From an uncultured bacterium (lineage in GTDB: Bacteria > DUMJ01): a stretch of 64,000 bases of DNA. The translations under genes and the position numbers were made by a program. Below are positions 31,764 through 43,308 of the stretch, one piece after another. The notes under the pieces are model-generated. The model did not search any database. It was not told where the DNA came from and saw only the letters and a list, made by a program, of their open reading frames with translations. How positions within the stretch are numbered: the stretch's first letter is position 1; each line of letters opens with the position of its first letter. Location of the stretch: contig CALGNK010000002.1 in NCBI GenBank assembly GCA_937958695.1, forward strand, positions 585 to 64,584. Reading direction: 5' to 3'.

Positions 31764-32537
31764 ATGATTGCACCTTTTAAAGAATTTAAAGTTGATGAAC
31801 TACTAGTAAAGGTATATAACACTCGGGATGAAATGGGAAGAGCGTCTGCTTATGATGTCTCTTCAAAGATAAGAGAGCTTTTAAGGATAAAAGATGTGAT
31901 AAATATTGTCTTTGCAGCTGCACCATCTCAGAATGAATTCTTAGCTTATCTAAATAGTGAAGACCTAGAGTGGAATAGGATAAATGCCTTTCATATGGAT
32001 GAGTATATAGGATTACCTTCAGATGCCCCTCAGTTATTCGCTAACTTTCTTAGAGAAAGGCTATTTTCAAAGAAACCTTTCAAAAATGTATTCTACATAA
32101 ATGGAAATGTGGAAAATCCTGAAGAGGAGTGCAAGAGGCTTACAAGGTTATTAGAAGAAAATCTTTTAGATATAACCTGTATGGGTATAGGAGAGAACGG
32201 TCATATAGCCTTTAATGACCCGCACGTGGCTGATTTTAATGACCCTAAAAAGGTAAAGATAGTAGATTTGGATGAAAGATGTAGGCAACAACAGGTTAAT
32301 GATGGGTGCTTTAAGACCTTAGAAGAAGTCCCTAGATACGCTATAACGATGACCATTCCAACCCTAATCTCATCTCCATATATATTATGTATAGTTCCAG
32401 CAAAGCAGAAGGCGGAGGCTGTTAGGAATGCACTCTTGGGTCCTATAGATGAATCTTGCCCAGCGTCTATACTGAGAAGGCGTAAGAATGCAATTCTCTA
32501 TCTGGACTTAGACTCAGCCTCAAAATTGGATATTTGA
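31764..32537 (+). CDS. nagB: Glucosamine-6-phosphate deaminase
   Basis: MDEYIGLP and GIGENGHIAFNDP motifs; 257 aa. Confidence 0.8.
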   Translation: MIAPFKEFKVDELLVKVYNTRDEMGRASAYDVSSKIRELLRIKDVINIVFAAAPSQNEFLAYLNSEDLEWNRINAFHMDEYIGLPSDAPQLFANFLRERLFSKKPFKNVFYINGNVENPEEECKRLTRLLEENLLDITCMGIGENGHIAFNDPHVADFNDPKKVKIVDLDERCRQQQVNDGCFKTLEEVPRYAITMTIPTLISSPYILCIVPAKQKAEAVRNALLGPIDESCPASILRRRKNAILYLDLDSASKLDI

Positions 32538-32571
32538 CTAAATGTATCTTTAGATTTAGAATATTGTAGGA

Positions 32572-33702
32572 ATGGAAAGCTACAAGAGACTTTTCTTAGC
32601 TAAGAATATTCTTTTTTTATTTAATTTCTTCCTTGGTTTTGGGGGGGGAACCCTAGGTTTTCTTATCTATTTATTCTCCAGGCTTTTTATAGTAAAAACA
32701 TGGAGGTTCAAATTTGACATATTGCCAACACTTATAATCTTGTCCTTTTTTCTCTCTTCTATATTTTCTCTATACAGAAATTTCTCTCTAGGTAATTTTA
32801 CTGTACTTCTTTTCCTCTATATCACTTATCTATTCTTGAGAAAGGAAGAACTTAATAGAGATGATACTGTAAGGATGTTAGATTACTTTATTCTTGGATC
32901 CGCTATGCTTGCATTTGGAAGTATTATCGGATATCTCTACAATGGAACCTATGCAGATACTCCTTTTCTTGGGAAGAACGGGATAGGAACTATTCTTGCT
33001 ACCGCTATACCTATTATCCAGTTAAGCATTATATCTGAGTGTGAAGTCTATCATTATTTATTCTTTGTCCTTATAATATCTGGATTAATACTGAGTATGT
33101 CTCAGGGTGCTTGGGTAGGATTATGTATGGGTGAATTGTTCTTGTTAACCCTTGGCAATAAAAAGATTAGAAAGAGTATAACTATACTTGTATTATCCGC
33201 TCTTCTATCATTAACTATACTTTCTGTTCATTCTGCTATAACAGGTACTAATTTATTATTCTTCTTCTATACGCGATTAGACCCCTACAGCAGTTCCAAA
33301 ATAGAGAGAGTATATATTTGGAAGGCTAGTATAAAAATGTTCTTAGACCATCCTATTTTGGGTATAGGAATTGGAACATTTCCTCTAATATACCCAAGTT
33401 ATAAACTACCTCAGGCTTATGAAACTTCTATGTCATTTGCCCATAACCTTCCGTTAAATATTCTTGCAGAGACAGGTATTCTTGGATTCTTATCATTCTT
33501 TACTTTTATAGTAAGTTTGTATATAAGAGGCATAAGGCTCTATAGAAAGACTCAAGATGATCTTGTCTTAATACTTCTTTCATCTCTTACCGTTTATCTT
33601 GGGCATCAACTTTTTGATGGTACAATGTGGTCTCTACATATAGGGCTAATACTATGGTTTATAGGGGCGATTATATTGAATTTTTATGAGAGGGTGAGAT
33701 AG
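32572..33702 (+). CDS. O-antigen ligase / Wzy-family polymerase-like membrane protein
   Basis: About 10 TM segments and a MSQGAWVG Wzy_C-like motif. Confidence 0.6.
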   Translation: MESYKRLFLAKNILFLFNFFLGFGGGTLGFLIYLFSRLFIVKTWRFKFDILPTLIILSFFLSSIFSLYRNFSLGNFTVLLFLYITYLFLRKEELNRDDTVRMLDYFILGSAMLAFGSIIGYLYNGTYADTPFLGKNGIGTILATAIPIIQLSIISECEVYHYLFFVLIISGLILSMSQGAWVGLCMGELFLLTLGNKKIRKSITILVLSALLSLTILSVHSAITGTNLLFFFYTRLDPYSSSKIERVYIWKASIKMFLDHPILGIGIGTFPLIYPSYKLPQAYETSMSFAHNLPLNILAETGILGFLSFFTFIVSLYIRGIRLYRKTQDDLVLILLSSLTVYLGHQLFDGTMWSLHIGLILWFIGAIILNFYERVR

Positions 33703-33742
33703 TCTAAAAATTCTTTCAAGAGGAGGATGGAAAAATTGGTCT

Positions 33743-34807
33743 ATGGCTCAAAAGATACTTTATATCCTCCCATTTATGAATCTGGGGGGAACGGAGGTTC
33801 ATACTGTTGAACTGATAAAGGGTATCAGATCGGAATACGATGTATTAGTAGCAGGACCGGAAGGTGCAGGACTTTCTCTTCTAGAGGGAAATAAGATACC
33901 ACATACAAAACTGCCAGGGCTTACTCCATTCAATGTGAGGCTATATAAGAATTTATTAACGAGCATAATGAGAGACTATAAACCAGATCTAGTTCATATA
34001 CAGGGAAGATACGAGCCTGCCTTCTTTACCAAGAGGGCTTTCCCTTCTACTCCAGTTATTATTACCTGTCATGGTTATGGAAATTCTATAGCTCTATGGG
34101 ATTATAAACTTACCGCTACAACAGGGAATAGATGGGCAGATAAGATTATTGCGGTATGTAATAATGACAAAGAAGTACTCGTCAAATTAGGTCTGGACCC
34201 TCGAAAGGTTACACTTATATACAATGGGGTATCTTCCATAGAAGATAGGAAATATTTACCCCAATTTGATGGGCTTAAGATTGGAACTATCGCTAGCCTT
34301 ATAAAGAGAAAGGGGATTAACTATCTTATAGAAGCAGTAGAGTTAATCACTAAGAAATTCAGAGATGTGGGTCTCTTTATTATTGGAGAAGGAGAAGAGA
34401 GGAAAAGGTTAGAATCTTTAGTTGAGAAGCTTAAGATAAAAAGGCATATATTTTTCCTTGGAGGTCTTCCATTTGCTAGAAGCTACATAAATAACTTCGA
34501 TATATTTGTTTTACCATCACTTTTTGAATCATTACCAGTATCAATTATAGAGGCTTATGCAGAGAAGAAGCCTGTTATTGCCTCAAAAGTAGGTGGTATT
34601 CCAGAATTGGTGATAGACGAAGAAACAGGAATCCTTGTCCCTCCTAAAGACAGTAAGGCGTTGGCTTCTGCTATTGAGAGACTTATAGAAGATGAACAGC
34701 TTAGGGAGAGGTTAGGAGAAAATGGTTATAATAGATTTATAAGAGAATTTACCTTTAAGGTTATGGTAGAAAAGACCAGAATGGTATATAAAGATATACT
34801 AAAATGA
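33743..34807 (+). CDS. Glycosyltransferase family 4 (GT-B, group 1)
   Basis: E-x7-E C-terminal motif region (ESLPVSIIEA). Paralog of the 55567..56643 gene. Confidence 0.75.
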   Translation: MAQKILYILPFMNLGGTEVHTVELIKGIRSEYDVLVAGPEGAGLSLLEGNKIPHTKLPGLTPFNVRLYKNLLTSIMRDYKPDLVHIQGRYEPAFFTKRAFPSTPVIITCHGYGNSIALWDYKLTATTGNRWADKIIAVCNNDKEVLVKLGLDPRKVTLIYNGVSSIEDRKYLPQFDGLKIGTIASLIKRKGINYLIEAVELITKKFRDVGLFIIGEGEERKRLESLVEKLKIKRHIFFLGGLPFARSYINNFDIFVLPSLFESLPVSIIEAYAEKKPVIASKVGGIPELVIDEETGILVPPKDSKALASAIERLIEDEQLRERLGENGYNRFIREFTFKVMVEKTRMVYKDILK

Positions 34808-35718
34808 AGATACCGGTCATAGTTATTGGTGGTCCAACCGCAAGTGGAAAAACACAACTTGCAATAGAGTGGGCACTTAAGATTAATGGGGAGATAATTT
34901 CCTGTGATTCAAGGCAGATATATAAATATATGGATATAGGAACAGCTAAGCCTACCGCTGAAGAGAGAAACCGCGTTCCACATCATCTTATAGATATCAT
35001 ATATCCAGATGAGGTTATGTCTGCCGGAGAGTTCCAAAAACTTGCTAGAAAAAGTATTGAAGACGTATATAAAAGAGGTAAGATTCCTTTTCTTGTTGGA
35101 GGAACAGGTTTATACATTAGGGCGGTTATAAGGGATATAAATTTCCCTCCTAAGGTGGATGAAAAGATAAGAGAGATGTTAAAAGGAAGGATTAGACAAG
35201 AAGGGCTCCTTAGTTTATATGAGGAATTACAGGGTATAGACCCGAAAACTGCAGATAAGATAAACCCCAACGATGAGATAAGAATTACTAGGGCATTAGA
35301 AGTTTATTATGCTACCGGTAAACCTATTTCGTATTACAGAAGAGGCATAGATGTAGATTATCCAGGATATGATATAACATACTTTGTCTTAAACCCCTCA
35401 AGGGATTTACTATACAAGAGGATTGAAGAGAGGGTAGATAGGATGATACAATTAGGTCTTATAGATGAGACGAAGTATATACTTAGTTTAGGCTATAGTC
35501 CAGAGCTTCCTTCCTTGCAAACTTTAGGATATAGAGAGATAATAAAATATCTACAGGGGATATACAGTTTAGAATCCGCTGTAGAAGAGATAAAAAAAGA
35601 GACAAGACGCTATGCAAAAAGACAACTTACTTGGTTTAGGAACGAGATAAGAGTTAAGCTTATAAGTTATGAGGAGGTAGAAAATGCATTTTGTGAAATC
35701 TCACGGTATAGGAAATGA
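34804..35718 (+). CDS. miaA: tRNA dimethylallyltransferase
   Basis: GPTASGKT P-loop N-terminus; 304 aa. Confidence 0.88.
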   Translation: MKIPVIVIGGPTASGKTQLAIEWALKINGEIISCDSRQIYKYMDIGTAKPTAEERNRVPHHLIDIIYPDEVMSAGEFQKLARKSIEDVYKRGKIPFLVGGTGLYIRAVIRDINFPPKVDEKIREMLKGRIRQEGLLSLYEELQGIDPKTADKINPNDEIRITRALEVYYATGKPISYYRRGIDVDYPGYDITYFVLNPSRDLLYKRIEERVDRMIQLGLIDETKYILSLGYSPELPSLQTLGYREIIKYLQGIYSLESAVEEIKKETRRYAKRQLTWFRNEIRVKLISYEEVENAFCEISRYRK

Positions 35719-36484
35719 CTTTGTTATAATAGAGGATGCAGAAGGACAAGATATTAGTGAATTAGCTAAACTTTTATGTGATAGACACTTTGGGGTAGGT
35801 TCTGATGGCTTGTTGGTATATGAGGAATCATCTATAGCTGACTTTAGAATGCGTATGTTCAATCCCGACGGTACAGAGGCTGAGATGTGTGGAAATGGGA
35901 TACGTTGCATTACTCTTTACGCATATAAAAAGAGTCCTAAAAAGGTCTTTAAGGTAGAGACGAAGATAGGAGTTTTAGACTGTGAAGTAACATCGAATGA
36001 TCCATTTAAGGTCAGAGTAAATATGGGACAACCTAGAGAGATAAGACCGCATTCTTTGATATTAGATAATAAAACATTTGACCTTACACTAGTCTCGATG
36101 GGGAATCCCCATGCGATAAATTTTGTAGAAGATGTGTATAGTATTCCTTTAAGGGATTTGGGGCCAAAGATAGAGAATCATCCTGATTTCCCTAATAGGA
36201 CTAACGTTGAATTCGTCCAAATAATAGATAGAGCTCATGTTATTGTAAAGGTATGGGAGAGGGGGGCAGGAGAGACGCTTGCCTGTGGTAGTGGAGCCTG
36301 CGCAGTAGCGGTGGCGAGTATAGTGAATAATTATACGGATAATTTAGTAGAGGTTACCCTTCCGGGAGGCAAACTCAATATAGAATGGGATAAAGAGTTG
36401 GGAATCTTTATGGAGGGTCCAGCGGAAGAGGTATTTATTGGAGAGATGAATAAGGAATATCTAAATTCTAGATTATGGAGGTAA
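35684..36484 (+). CDS. dapF: Diaminopimelate epimerase
   Basis: Two active-site Cys contexts (MCGNG and ACGSGA). Confidence 0.88.
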   Translation: MHFVKSHGIGNDFVIIEDAEGQDISELAKLLCDRHFGVGSDGLLVYEESSIADFRMRMFNPDGTEAEMCGNGIRCITLYAYKKSPKKVFKVETKIGVLDCEVTSNDPFKVRVNMGQPREIRPHSLILDNKTFDLTLVSMGNPHAINFVEDVYSIPLRDLGPKIENHPDFPNRTNVEFVQIIDRAHVIVKVWERGAGETLACGSGACAVAVASIVNNYTDNLVEVTLPGGKLNIEWDKELGIFMEGPAEEVFIGEMNKEYLNSRLWR

Positions 36485-37659
36485 AGATGATAAAGAAGGC
36501 TAAAAGATTAGATAATATTCCACCTTATCTATTTGCGGAGATTGATAAAAAGAAGGAAGATGCTATAAAAAGAGGTGTAAAGGTTTTAAGTCTAGGTATA
36601 GGAGATCCAGACCTTCCAACTCCACAGCATATAGTCGATGCGCTGTACGAATCTGCCAAGATCGTAAGTAATCAGAAGTATCCACCATATGAAGGAACAA
36701 AGGAGTTTAGAAAAGCAGTAGCAGAATGGTATGAAAAGAGGTTTAATGTTACTCTAGACCCTGAAAAAGAGGTCTTAACACTTATAGGCTCAAAAGAGGG
36801 CATTGCTCATATATTCTTAGCGTTTGTTGATCCAGGGGATATTGCTCTTATACCAGACCCAGGATATCCAGTATATAAGGTTGCTACTATCTTAGCTGGT
36901 GGTATTCCTTATACATTTCCTTTAAAACCTGATACATATCTACCTGATTTCTCTAGTATTCCAGAAGATGTAGCACGTAAGGCAAGGATAATGTTCCTTA
37001 ACTATCCTAACAATCCTACAGCAGCGGTAGCAGATCTATCCGTATTTGAAGAGGCTGTAGAATTTGCAAAAAAGTATGATATTATTCTTTGCCACGATAA
37101 TGCCTATTCTGAGGTTACTTTTGATGGATATATTGCTCCGAGTATTCTTGAGGTTAAAGGGGCCAAGGACATATCGATAGAGTTTCACTCTTTATCTAAG
37201 ACGTACAATATGACAGGCTGGAGGATTGGTTTTGCTGTTGGTAATAGAGATATTATTGATGGCCTTTCTATAGTAAAAACTAATGTTGATTCTGGTGTAT
37301 TTATGGCAATACAATATGCAGGGACAGTTGCCCTTAGAGGTCCTCAAGATGTGATAGAGGAGAATAAAAGGGTTATAGCCAGAAGAAGGGATGTATTTGT
37401 AGATGGCTTAAAGAAACTTGGCTGGAATATAAAACCTCCAAAGGGAACATTCTATCTATGGGCACCAATCCCTAAGAATTTCAAAACCTCTATAGAATTT
37501 GCAAGTTTCTTACTCGAGAAGACAGGGATAGTTGTTCCTCCAGGGATAGGATACGGAGAAAATGGAGAAGGATATTTCCGTATAGCACTTACAGTTGAGG
37601 AGCCTGTATTGAGAGAAGCGCTAGAAAGGATGGAATCTGCAGGGATAAGAGGCGATTGA
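36475..37659 (+). CDS. dapL: LL-diaminopimelate aminotransferase (class I/II aminotransferase)
   Basis: Class-I aminotransferase with [12 protein letters not shown], adjacent to dapF. The specificity is inferred. Confidence 0.6.
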   Translation: MEVKMIKKAKRLDNIPPYLFAEIDKKKEDAIKRGVKVLSLGIGDPDLPTPQHIVDALYESAKIVSNQKYPPYEGTKEFRKAVAEWYEKRFNVTLDPEKEVLTLIGSKEGIAHIFLAFVDPGDIALIPDPGYPVYKVATILAGGIPYTFPLKPDTYLPDFSSIPEDVARKARIMFLNYPNNPTAAVADLSVFEEAVEFAKKYDIILCHDNAYSEVTFDGYIAPSILEVKGAKDISIEFHSLSKTYNMTGWRIGFAVGNRDIIDGLSIVKTNVDSGVFMAIQYAGTVALRGPQDVIEENKRVIARRRDVFVDGLKKLGWNIKPPKGTFYLWAPIPKNFKTSIEFASFLLEKTGIVVPPGIGYGENGEGYFRIALTVEEPVLREALERMESAGIRGD

Positions 37660-38873
37660 TGAATCTAGAAGAGCTATTTAAAGAGGCGGAAGATGTTTGT
37701 AGCTCTAAGATAAGGGAGATACAAGATACAAAAAGGAAAAACGAGTTGAAAGTCCTTTCCGCTTTTAGGTCTGCAGGTATAGATGAATATGTAGTATCCT
37801 TTGTGGGAACAGGTTACGGATATAATGATAAAGGAAGGGAGGCTCTGGAAAGGGTGTTCTCCCTTTCTTTTTCTAGCGAGTCAGCAATAGTTATGCCCCA
37901 AATTATCTCTGGAACTCATGCCATATCTAGTGTCCTTTTTGCTCTTCTAAGACCGAAAGATAAAATAGTTTCTGTTACTGGACCAGTGTATGATACTTTG
38001 AGAAGGGTGATTAATTCTTTAGCTGAGTGGGGTATAGAATATTATGAGATACCCTTTGAATATAGAGAGGATATAGAGTATATAAAGTCTAAAATTAGCA
38101 AATCCCCTAAACTCATTTTTATACAGCGCTCCTGTGGATATGATTGGTCTAGAAGATCACTAACAATTAGTGAGATAGCAAGTATGATATCTAGTATAAG
38201 AGGTATATTTGAAGAAAGTATCTTCCTTGTTGATAACTGCTACGGTGAATTTGTGGAAGACAAAGAGCCTACTGAAATTGGGGCAGATGTTATAGTGGGT
38301 TCTCTGATAAAGGGAGTTGGGGGAAACCTTGCACCTACGGGGGCTTATATAGCAGGGAAGAGAGAAATGATAGAGAAGGTTGGAGCTTTTATTACCGCCC
38401 CAGGTCAGGGAAGAGACATAGGACCAACATTGGGTATCCAGAAAGCTATACTTCAAGGAATTCTCTTTGCCCCCCATTTTATAGGAGAGTCTCTAGAAGG
38501 ACTAACCATAGCTAGTTATGTACTAGAAAAGCTAGGCTTTGAGGTATTACCTAAATGGGACGAACCTAGAGGAGACGGAGTTCAGAGAGTCATTCTGAAA
38601 GATGAAAAGAGACTTATAAAATTTTTGCAGGGCATACAGAGCTTCTGCCCGGTAAATTCTAGGTATATGCCTGAGCCTCAGGATCTTCCTGGTTATTCTG
38701 ATCCTGTAATCTTAGCTGGTGGGGGGTTTGTCCAGGGTTCTACTGGTGAGTTTAGCGCTGATGGAATATTAAGATTCCCTTATGTTGCATTTATTCAAGG
38801 GGGATATTCTCGTAACCAGGTAATATCTGGTATAATTAGTGGCATAGAAAAAATATTTGAGGAGGTAAGATGA
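37656..38873 (+). CDS. PLP-dependent Cys/Met-metabolism family enzyme (YnbB / aluminium-resistance-protein-like)
   Basis: 405 aa; composition typical of the family. 4-nt overlaps on both sides. Confidence 0.5.
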   Translation: MMNLEELFKEAEDVCSSKIREIQDTKRKNELKVLSAFRSAGIDEYVVSFVGTGYGYNDKGREALERVFSLSFSSESAIVMPQIISGTHAISSVLFALLRPKDKIVSVTGPVYDTLRRVINSLAEWGIEYYEIPFEYREDIEYIKSKISKSPKLIFIQRSCGYDWSRRSLTISEIASMISSIRGIFEESIFLVDNCYGEFVEDKEPTEIGADVIVGSLIKGVGGNLAPTGAYIAGKREMIEKVGAFITAPGQGRDIGPTLGIQKAILQGILFAPHFIGESLEGLTIASYVLEKLGFEVLPKWDEPRGDGVQRVILKDEKRLIKFLQGIQSFCPVNSRYMPEPQDLPGYSDPVILAGGGFVQGSTGEFSADGILRFPYVAFIQGGYSRNQVISGIISGIEKIFEEVR

Positions 38874-39934
38874 GAAGGTTCCTAAGTATATTAATAATAA
38901 CCTTTTTGATTTTTGAATTATACCCATTAAATGCCTTTAGCCAACAGAAAAAGTTAAAGATTGGGGTTGTTGGAGTTTTTGTTGATGAGAAGGAAGATAC
39001 ATCACTGACTAGTGTGGTATCCCCAATATTTTCTACTAGCGACTTTTTTAGTTGGGAGAGGATTGGTAGAGATACTCCTACATCATTATATTGGGGCATT
39101 GCAAGTTTTGATGTAAGGTTCAAACATAACACTTCTAATGTAAGTGCCAGTGTTAAACTTTTAATAAAAGATGCTAAAACCAATACAGATATGTTTATCC
39201 TAGAGACCAATGCCTTAAGTTCTCCCTTTACTGGAACGGTATTAGATTGGAAACCGCTAGAGAAAGAGGCATTTATTAATGCCATAGCTACATTTTCTAA
39301 GAGACTGGATGAAATATGGAAGAGTAATACTGCCATAATATATGCAGAGGGAAATATCTTTGAGAGCGACCTTGGAAAGGATATGGGTATAGTAGAAGGG
39401 ACTATAGTAAGTATATTTAGAGATAATAATCTTATAGCAAAAGGGAAAATAACAAGTCTAAGCCAGAAAACCTGTAGAGGAGATATTATATACAAGGCTG
39501 AGAGTGAATATCCACGTCTTGGGGATATTGTAAGGATTGCTTATATTCCACCGTCTCCAGAGGTCTCATTTATAAATCAGGCAACTCCAATTTTAAATGC
39601 AATTGCAGGGATAGCTATCTTAGCCGGTCTAGTAACCCTCTATAACATAGCCAAGGCAAATATGGCAACCTTGATAAGACTTAAGTTCCCTGAAAATAAT
39701 GCAACTTATAAACCAGGAGATACTATAACATTTATGTGGTTTACTAATGATACTAGTATAAAGAGCTTTGCATTAGTGATCTCAGGAAGTATTTTTGTAA
39801 CCAATAATAATTCTTACAACTATACCGCTCCTTCAGTTTCATCTGAAACTACCTATATCTGGAAAGTTATAGGCTACAGGGAGGATGGCACTTCTGTAGA
39901 AAGCGAAACTAGGACCTTTAAAGTAGTTCCATAG
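38870..39934 (+). CDS. Secreted or membrane-anchored hypothetical protein with a C-terminal Ig/Fn3-like beta domain
   Basis: Signal peptide, an internal hydrophobic helix, and a beta-rich C-terminus. ATGA coupling to the upstream gene. Confidence 0.6.
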   Translation: MRRFLSILIITFLIFELYPLNAFSQQKKLKIGVVGVFVDEKEDTSLTSVVSPIFSTSDFFSWERIGRDTPTSLYWGIASFDVRFKHNTSNVSASVKLLIKDAKTNTDMFILETNALSSPFTGTVLDWKPLEKEAFINAIATFSKRLDEIWKSNTAIIYAEGNIFESDLGKDMGIVEGTIVSIFRDNNLIAKGKITSLSQKTCRGDIIYKAESEYPRLGDIVRIAYIPPSPEVSFINQATPILNAIAGIAILAGLVTLYNIAKANMATLIRLKFPENNATYKPGDTITFMWFTNDTSIKSFALVISGSIFVTNNNSYNYTAPSVSSETTYIWKVIGYREDGTSVESETRTFKVVP

Positions 39935-39935
39935 G

Positions 39936-41024
39936 ATGAAGTTATCCCTTCTCTTAATTATTTTTTTTCTTCTTCCAGCTGTTGTATTTTCGGCTTCTCT
40001 TAAGGGAGATTTTGTGTATTTTTTCCCAACTACTTGGGAGATAAGAGGGGTGGGGAAAGCAGTATGGAAAGAGAGTGACATTTTAATTTCGGCTGATGTA
40101 ATTATTGTAAACCTCCTTACTGGAAATGTTATAGCATTTGGAAATGTAAAGGTCATAAAAGCTGATAAAGAAAATCTCTATGATGTATTCTATACTAATA
40201 GATTGGACTTTAACTTATATGAGACTCAATCGCTACCCTATATAACTGCAAAAGAGATAGGAATAGACTGGCGGACAAAAACGATAACCTTTAAGGACTT
40301 AAGGGTATCTCAAGATATTGTTATTCCTGAATTTTCTATCCCTTTTGGCCCATACAGCTCTAGTATGAAGTTCTCAGTTGGGGAAGAAATTGTTTCTTTA
40401 GATACCAGTGCCCCTTATCTCTCTATAATGTTGCCATACAATGATGGGATATTTACAGAAATATTGACCAAATCTGGGATGGAATTATCCTATGAAAAGG
40501 AAGGTTACTATCTATTAGGTGTAAGGGCTTATATTGATAAAGGGATGTCAATTTTTGGTGAGTATAGCATATATTCTTCAGATAAATCTCTGAGATTTAC
40601 AATCGGTTATAACGAAATACCATATTGTATATTGAGTAAGGAAATACGTAATGGAATCTGGAAATATACTGGGGAGGGGAGGGTCAAATGGGGAAATAAA
40701 CCACAGATAACACTTTCATTGACAGTAGAACAGTGGGATAAGATGATGATAAAGGGAGAATTTGTGTTATATACTGAGGATGGTGCATTAGAATTTAATC
40801 CTTATATAGGTTATAGATTCGACTTATCTTACAATTTAAGTTTAAATATTTATCTTGCTAAGATAGGTTTAGATAGTTTACAATTGACATATAGACTACA
40901 ACCGGCAGTTAATCTTAAGCTTGGATATGTGAACCCTAACAAATACATCCTAGGTGTTGAGTGGGGCTATAGGGGAATAGAATTGATAGATTATAATGGA
41001 ACTGTTAGTCTTATCATAAGATAG
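39936..41024 (+). CDS. Secreted beta-rich hypothetical protein, possibly OstA/LptA-like N-domain
   Basis: Signal peptide. It starts 2 nt after the previous stop. The domain guess is weak. Confidence 0.55.
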   Translation: MKLSLLLIIFFLLPAVVFSASLKGDFVYFFPTTWEIRGVGKAVWKESDILISADVIIVNLLTGNVIAFGNVKVIKADKENLYDVFYTNRLDFNLYETQSLPYITAKEIGIDWRTKTITFKDLRVSQDIVIPEFSIPFGPYSSSMKFSVGEEIVSLDTSAPYLSIMLPYNDGIFTEILTKSGMELSYEKEGYYLLGVRAYIDKGMSIFGEYSIYSSDKSLRFTIGYNEIPYCILSKEIRNGIWKYTGEGRVKWGNKPQITLSLTVEQWDKMMIKGEFVLYTEDGALEFNPYIGYRFDLSYNLSLNIYLAKIGLDSLQLTYRLQPAVNLKLGYVNPNKYILGVEWGYRGIELIDYNGTVSLIIR

Positions 41025-41035
41025 GAGGTGCAATA

Positions 41036-42049
41036 ATGCTTTCAGCATATCTTGATGGAAAAGGTGAACTTGTCCTTGGAGAAAGGGATATACCTAAAGT
41101 AAAGGATGATGAAGTACTTATTAGAGTCATAGCCTGTGGTATCTGTGGGACAGATGTCCATGTATTTAAGGGGATAAATAAAGGAAAGCCTAATATAATA
41201 AGAGGGCATGAGTTTGTTGGGGAGATCGTTGAAGTTGGAAGTAGTGTAAAAGATTTAAAGGTTAAAGACATAGTAATTGTAGACCCCAATATACCATGTA
41301 TGAATTGCTATCAATGTAGAAATGGTAGGATACATCTTTGTAAGAATTTAACAGCTATAGGGGTAGATTTAGATGGTGGTTTTGCAGAATACTGTGTCTT
41401 ACCCTCTAGACAGGCATATAAGCTTCCAAGTAATATAGAGCCAATAATAGGTGCTTTAGCAGAGCCTCTAGCTTGTGCTCTCCACGGAATAGATAGGGTG
41501 GATATAAAAGAAGGAGAAGATATTCTTATAATTGGAGGAGGAGCATTAGGGCTTATAATTACGCAATTAGTTGTAAATGGAGGTGCAGGGAAGGTATTTG
41601 TCAGTGAGCCATATAAAGAAAAAAGAGACCTGGCATTTGGATTTGGAGCAAGTAGAGTTATAGATCCCACTAGCGAAGACCTTCTAGACGTGATTAAAGA
41701 TGAAACAGACGGTAAAGGTGTAGATGTAGTCATAGAAGCTGTTGGCTCTGGAAAGACGATACTACAGGCTATTAGTGCAGTAGGTGATGGAGGTAGGGTC
41801 CTCTTCTTTGGGGTTGCTCCAGAGGATGTAAAGATAGATATTTCACCCTTTGAGATTTATAGAAGAGAACTTACTCTTTTAGGTTCTTTTGTAAACCCAT
41901 TTACAATGGATAGAGCTGTATCTTTAATATCTAGTAGAAGGATAAACCTTTATCCACTTATAAGTGATATTATACCTTTACAGGATATCAATAGAGGTGT
42001 AGATATTGCCAGTACAGGGAGGTCAATAAGGGTTCTAGTAAGACCCTAA
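41036..42049 (+). CDS. Zn-dependent alcohol dehydrogenase (threonine/sorbitol dehydrogenase-like MDR)
   Basis: GICGTDVH and GHEFVGEIVE zinc-ligand motifs, plus GGGALG. Confidence 0.85.
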   Translation: MLSAYLDGKGELVLGERDIPKVKDDEVLIRVIACGICGTDVHVFKGINKGKPNIIRGHEFVGEIVEVGSSVKDLKVKDIVIVDPNIPCMNCYQCRNGRIHLCKNLTAIGVDLDGGFAEYCVLPSRQAYKLPSNIEPIIGALAEPLACALHGIDRVDIKEGEDILIIGGGALGLIITQLVVNGGAGKVFVSEPYKEKRDLAFGFGASRVIDPTSEDLLDVIKDETDGKGVDVVIEAVGSGKTILQAISAVGDGGRVLFFGVAPEDVKIDISPFEIYRRELTLLGSFVNPFTMDRAVSLISSRRINLYPLISDIIPLQDINRGVDIASTGRSIRVLVRP

Positions 42050-42060
42050 AGTTTTCTGAT

Positions 42061-43308
42061 GTGTTGACAACCATACTAAGAATCTTAATAGCCAGAAAAT
42101 TAAGACCTTTTGTCTTTGAAAGAAGAAAAGATGTATCTTTAATCTATAAGTCTTCTGATATAGGTATATACGTTCATATTCCTTTTTGTCGTAGGATTTG
42201 TCCCTTTTGTCCTTATTATAAAGTCCTATATGAAAAGGAATTAGCAGAAAGGTTTAAAAATGCCCTTATTAGTGAGATAGATATTGTAAGTAATCGTTAT
42301 AGGGATAAAACTATAGATTCTGTCTATTTTGGAGGAGGAACTCCTGCATTATTAATAAATTATCTTCCAGAAATAACTTCTAAGTTAAGATCTAATTTTA
42401 ATATAAAGGGAAACTTTGCTATTGAACTTCATCCCTTAGACCTTACAAGAGAGAATCTAGAAAATCTAAGGCAGATAGGCTTTGATATGGTAAGTATAGG
42501 AATCCAATCCTTCTCTAAGAGGTGTCTTGAAGCATTAGATAGGAAAGAAGATGTGCAGATTGTAAAAGAAAACCTATCTCTTATAAAGAGTTTTAATTTT
42601 AAAACGTTGGATATAGATTTAATCTTTGGTATCCCAGGGCAAACCTTAGAATCTTTAGAGGAAGATTTTAAAACAGCAGTAGAATTTGGAGCTAGTCAGA
42701 TATCAACATATCCTTTTATAGATTTTACATTCTTGAAAAATCGGGAAAGACCTCTTGGGAGAAAAGAGAAGCGGATAATGCTTGGACAGCTAACTAAGAT
42801 TGCGGATAGTGTAGGTTTTGAAAGGACATCCATATGGACATTTGCTAAAAAGGGTTCTCAGAGATACTCTTCAGTTACTAGGGATAATTTTATAGGTTTT
42901 GGTCCTTCTTCTTCATCTCTTGCAGACAATGCTTTTAAGATAAACACATTTTCCTTAGAGGAGTATATTGACAGTTTAGAAGAAAGAAGGTTACCTTATA
43001 GTTTAGTCTTAGAATTTGACCTTATCACAAGAGCTTCTTATTGGCTCTTTTGGAACTCATACAATATGGATATAAACAGAGATTCTTTCTATAAGATCTT
43101 TGGGATAGATTTAGAGGATGTATTTTACTGGCAACTAAAACTGGGGAAATCTCTAAGATTAATAATAGAGTACGAAAAAGGTTATAGATTAACAGAGAAA
43201 GGAGCTTATTATTTCCATCTAATTGAACAAGAATATACCCATAGATATATAGACAGAGTTTGGAGTTTGCAAAGGGCAGAATCCTCTCCAGAGAAGATTA
43301 TAATCTAG
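42061..43308 (+). CDS. HemW/HemN-like radical SAM protein (oxygen-independent coproporphyrinogen oxidase family)
   Basis: GTG start. CRRICPFC is a Cx3Cx2C radical SAM cluster and the C-terminal domain is HemN-like. Confidence 0.7.
   Translation: MLTTILRILIARKLRPFVFERRKDVSLIYKSSDIGIYVHIPFCRRICPFCPYYKVLYEKELAERFKNALISEIDIVSNRYRDKTIDSVYFGGGTPALLINYLPEITSKLRSNFNIKGNFAIELHPLDLTRENLENLRQIGFDMVSIGIQSFSKRCLEALDRKEDVQIVKENLSLIKSFNFKTLDIDLIFGIPGQTLESLEEDFKTAVEFGASQISTYPFIDFTFLKNRERPLGRKEKRIMLGQLTKIADSVGFERTSIWTFAKKGSQRYSSVTRDNFIGFGPSSSSLADNAFKINTFSLEEYIDSLEERRLPYSLVLEFDLITRASYWLFWNSYNMDINRDSFYKIFGIDLEDVFYWQLKLGKSLRLIIEYEKGYRLTEKGAYYFHLIEQEYTHRYIDRVWSLQRAESSPEKIII

Noticed and set aside
41311-41733. 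140-aa minus-strand ORF inside the Zn-ADH gene
   Set aside because: Ser/Pro/Thr-rich antisense shadow. The plus-strand gene has clear zinc-ligand and Rossmann motifs.
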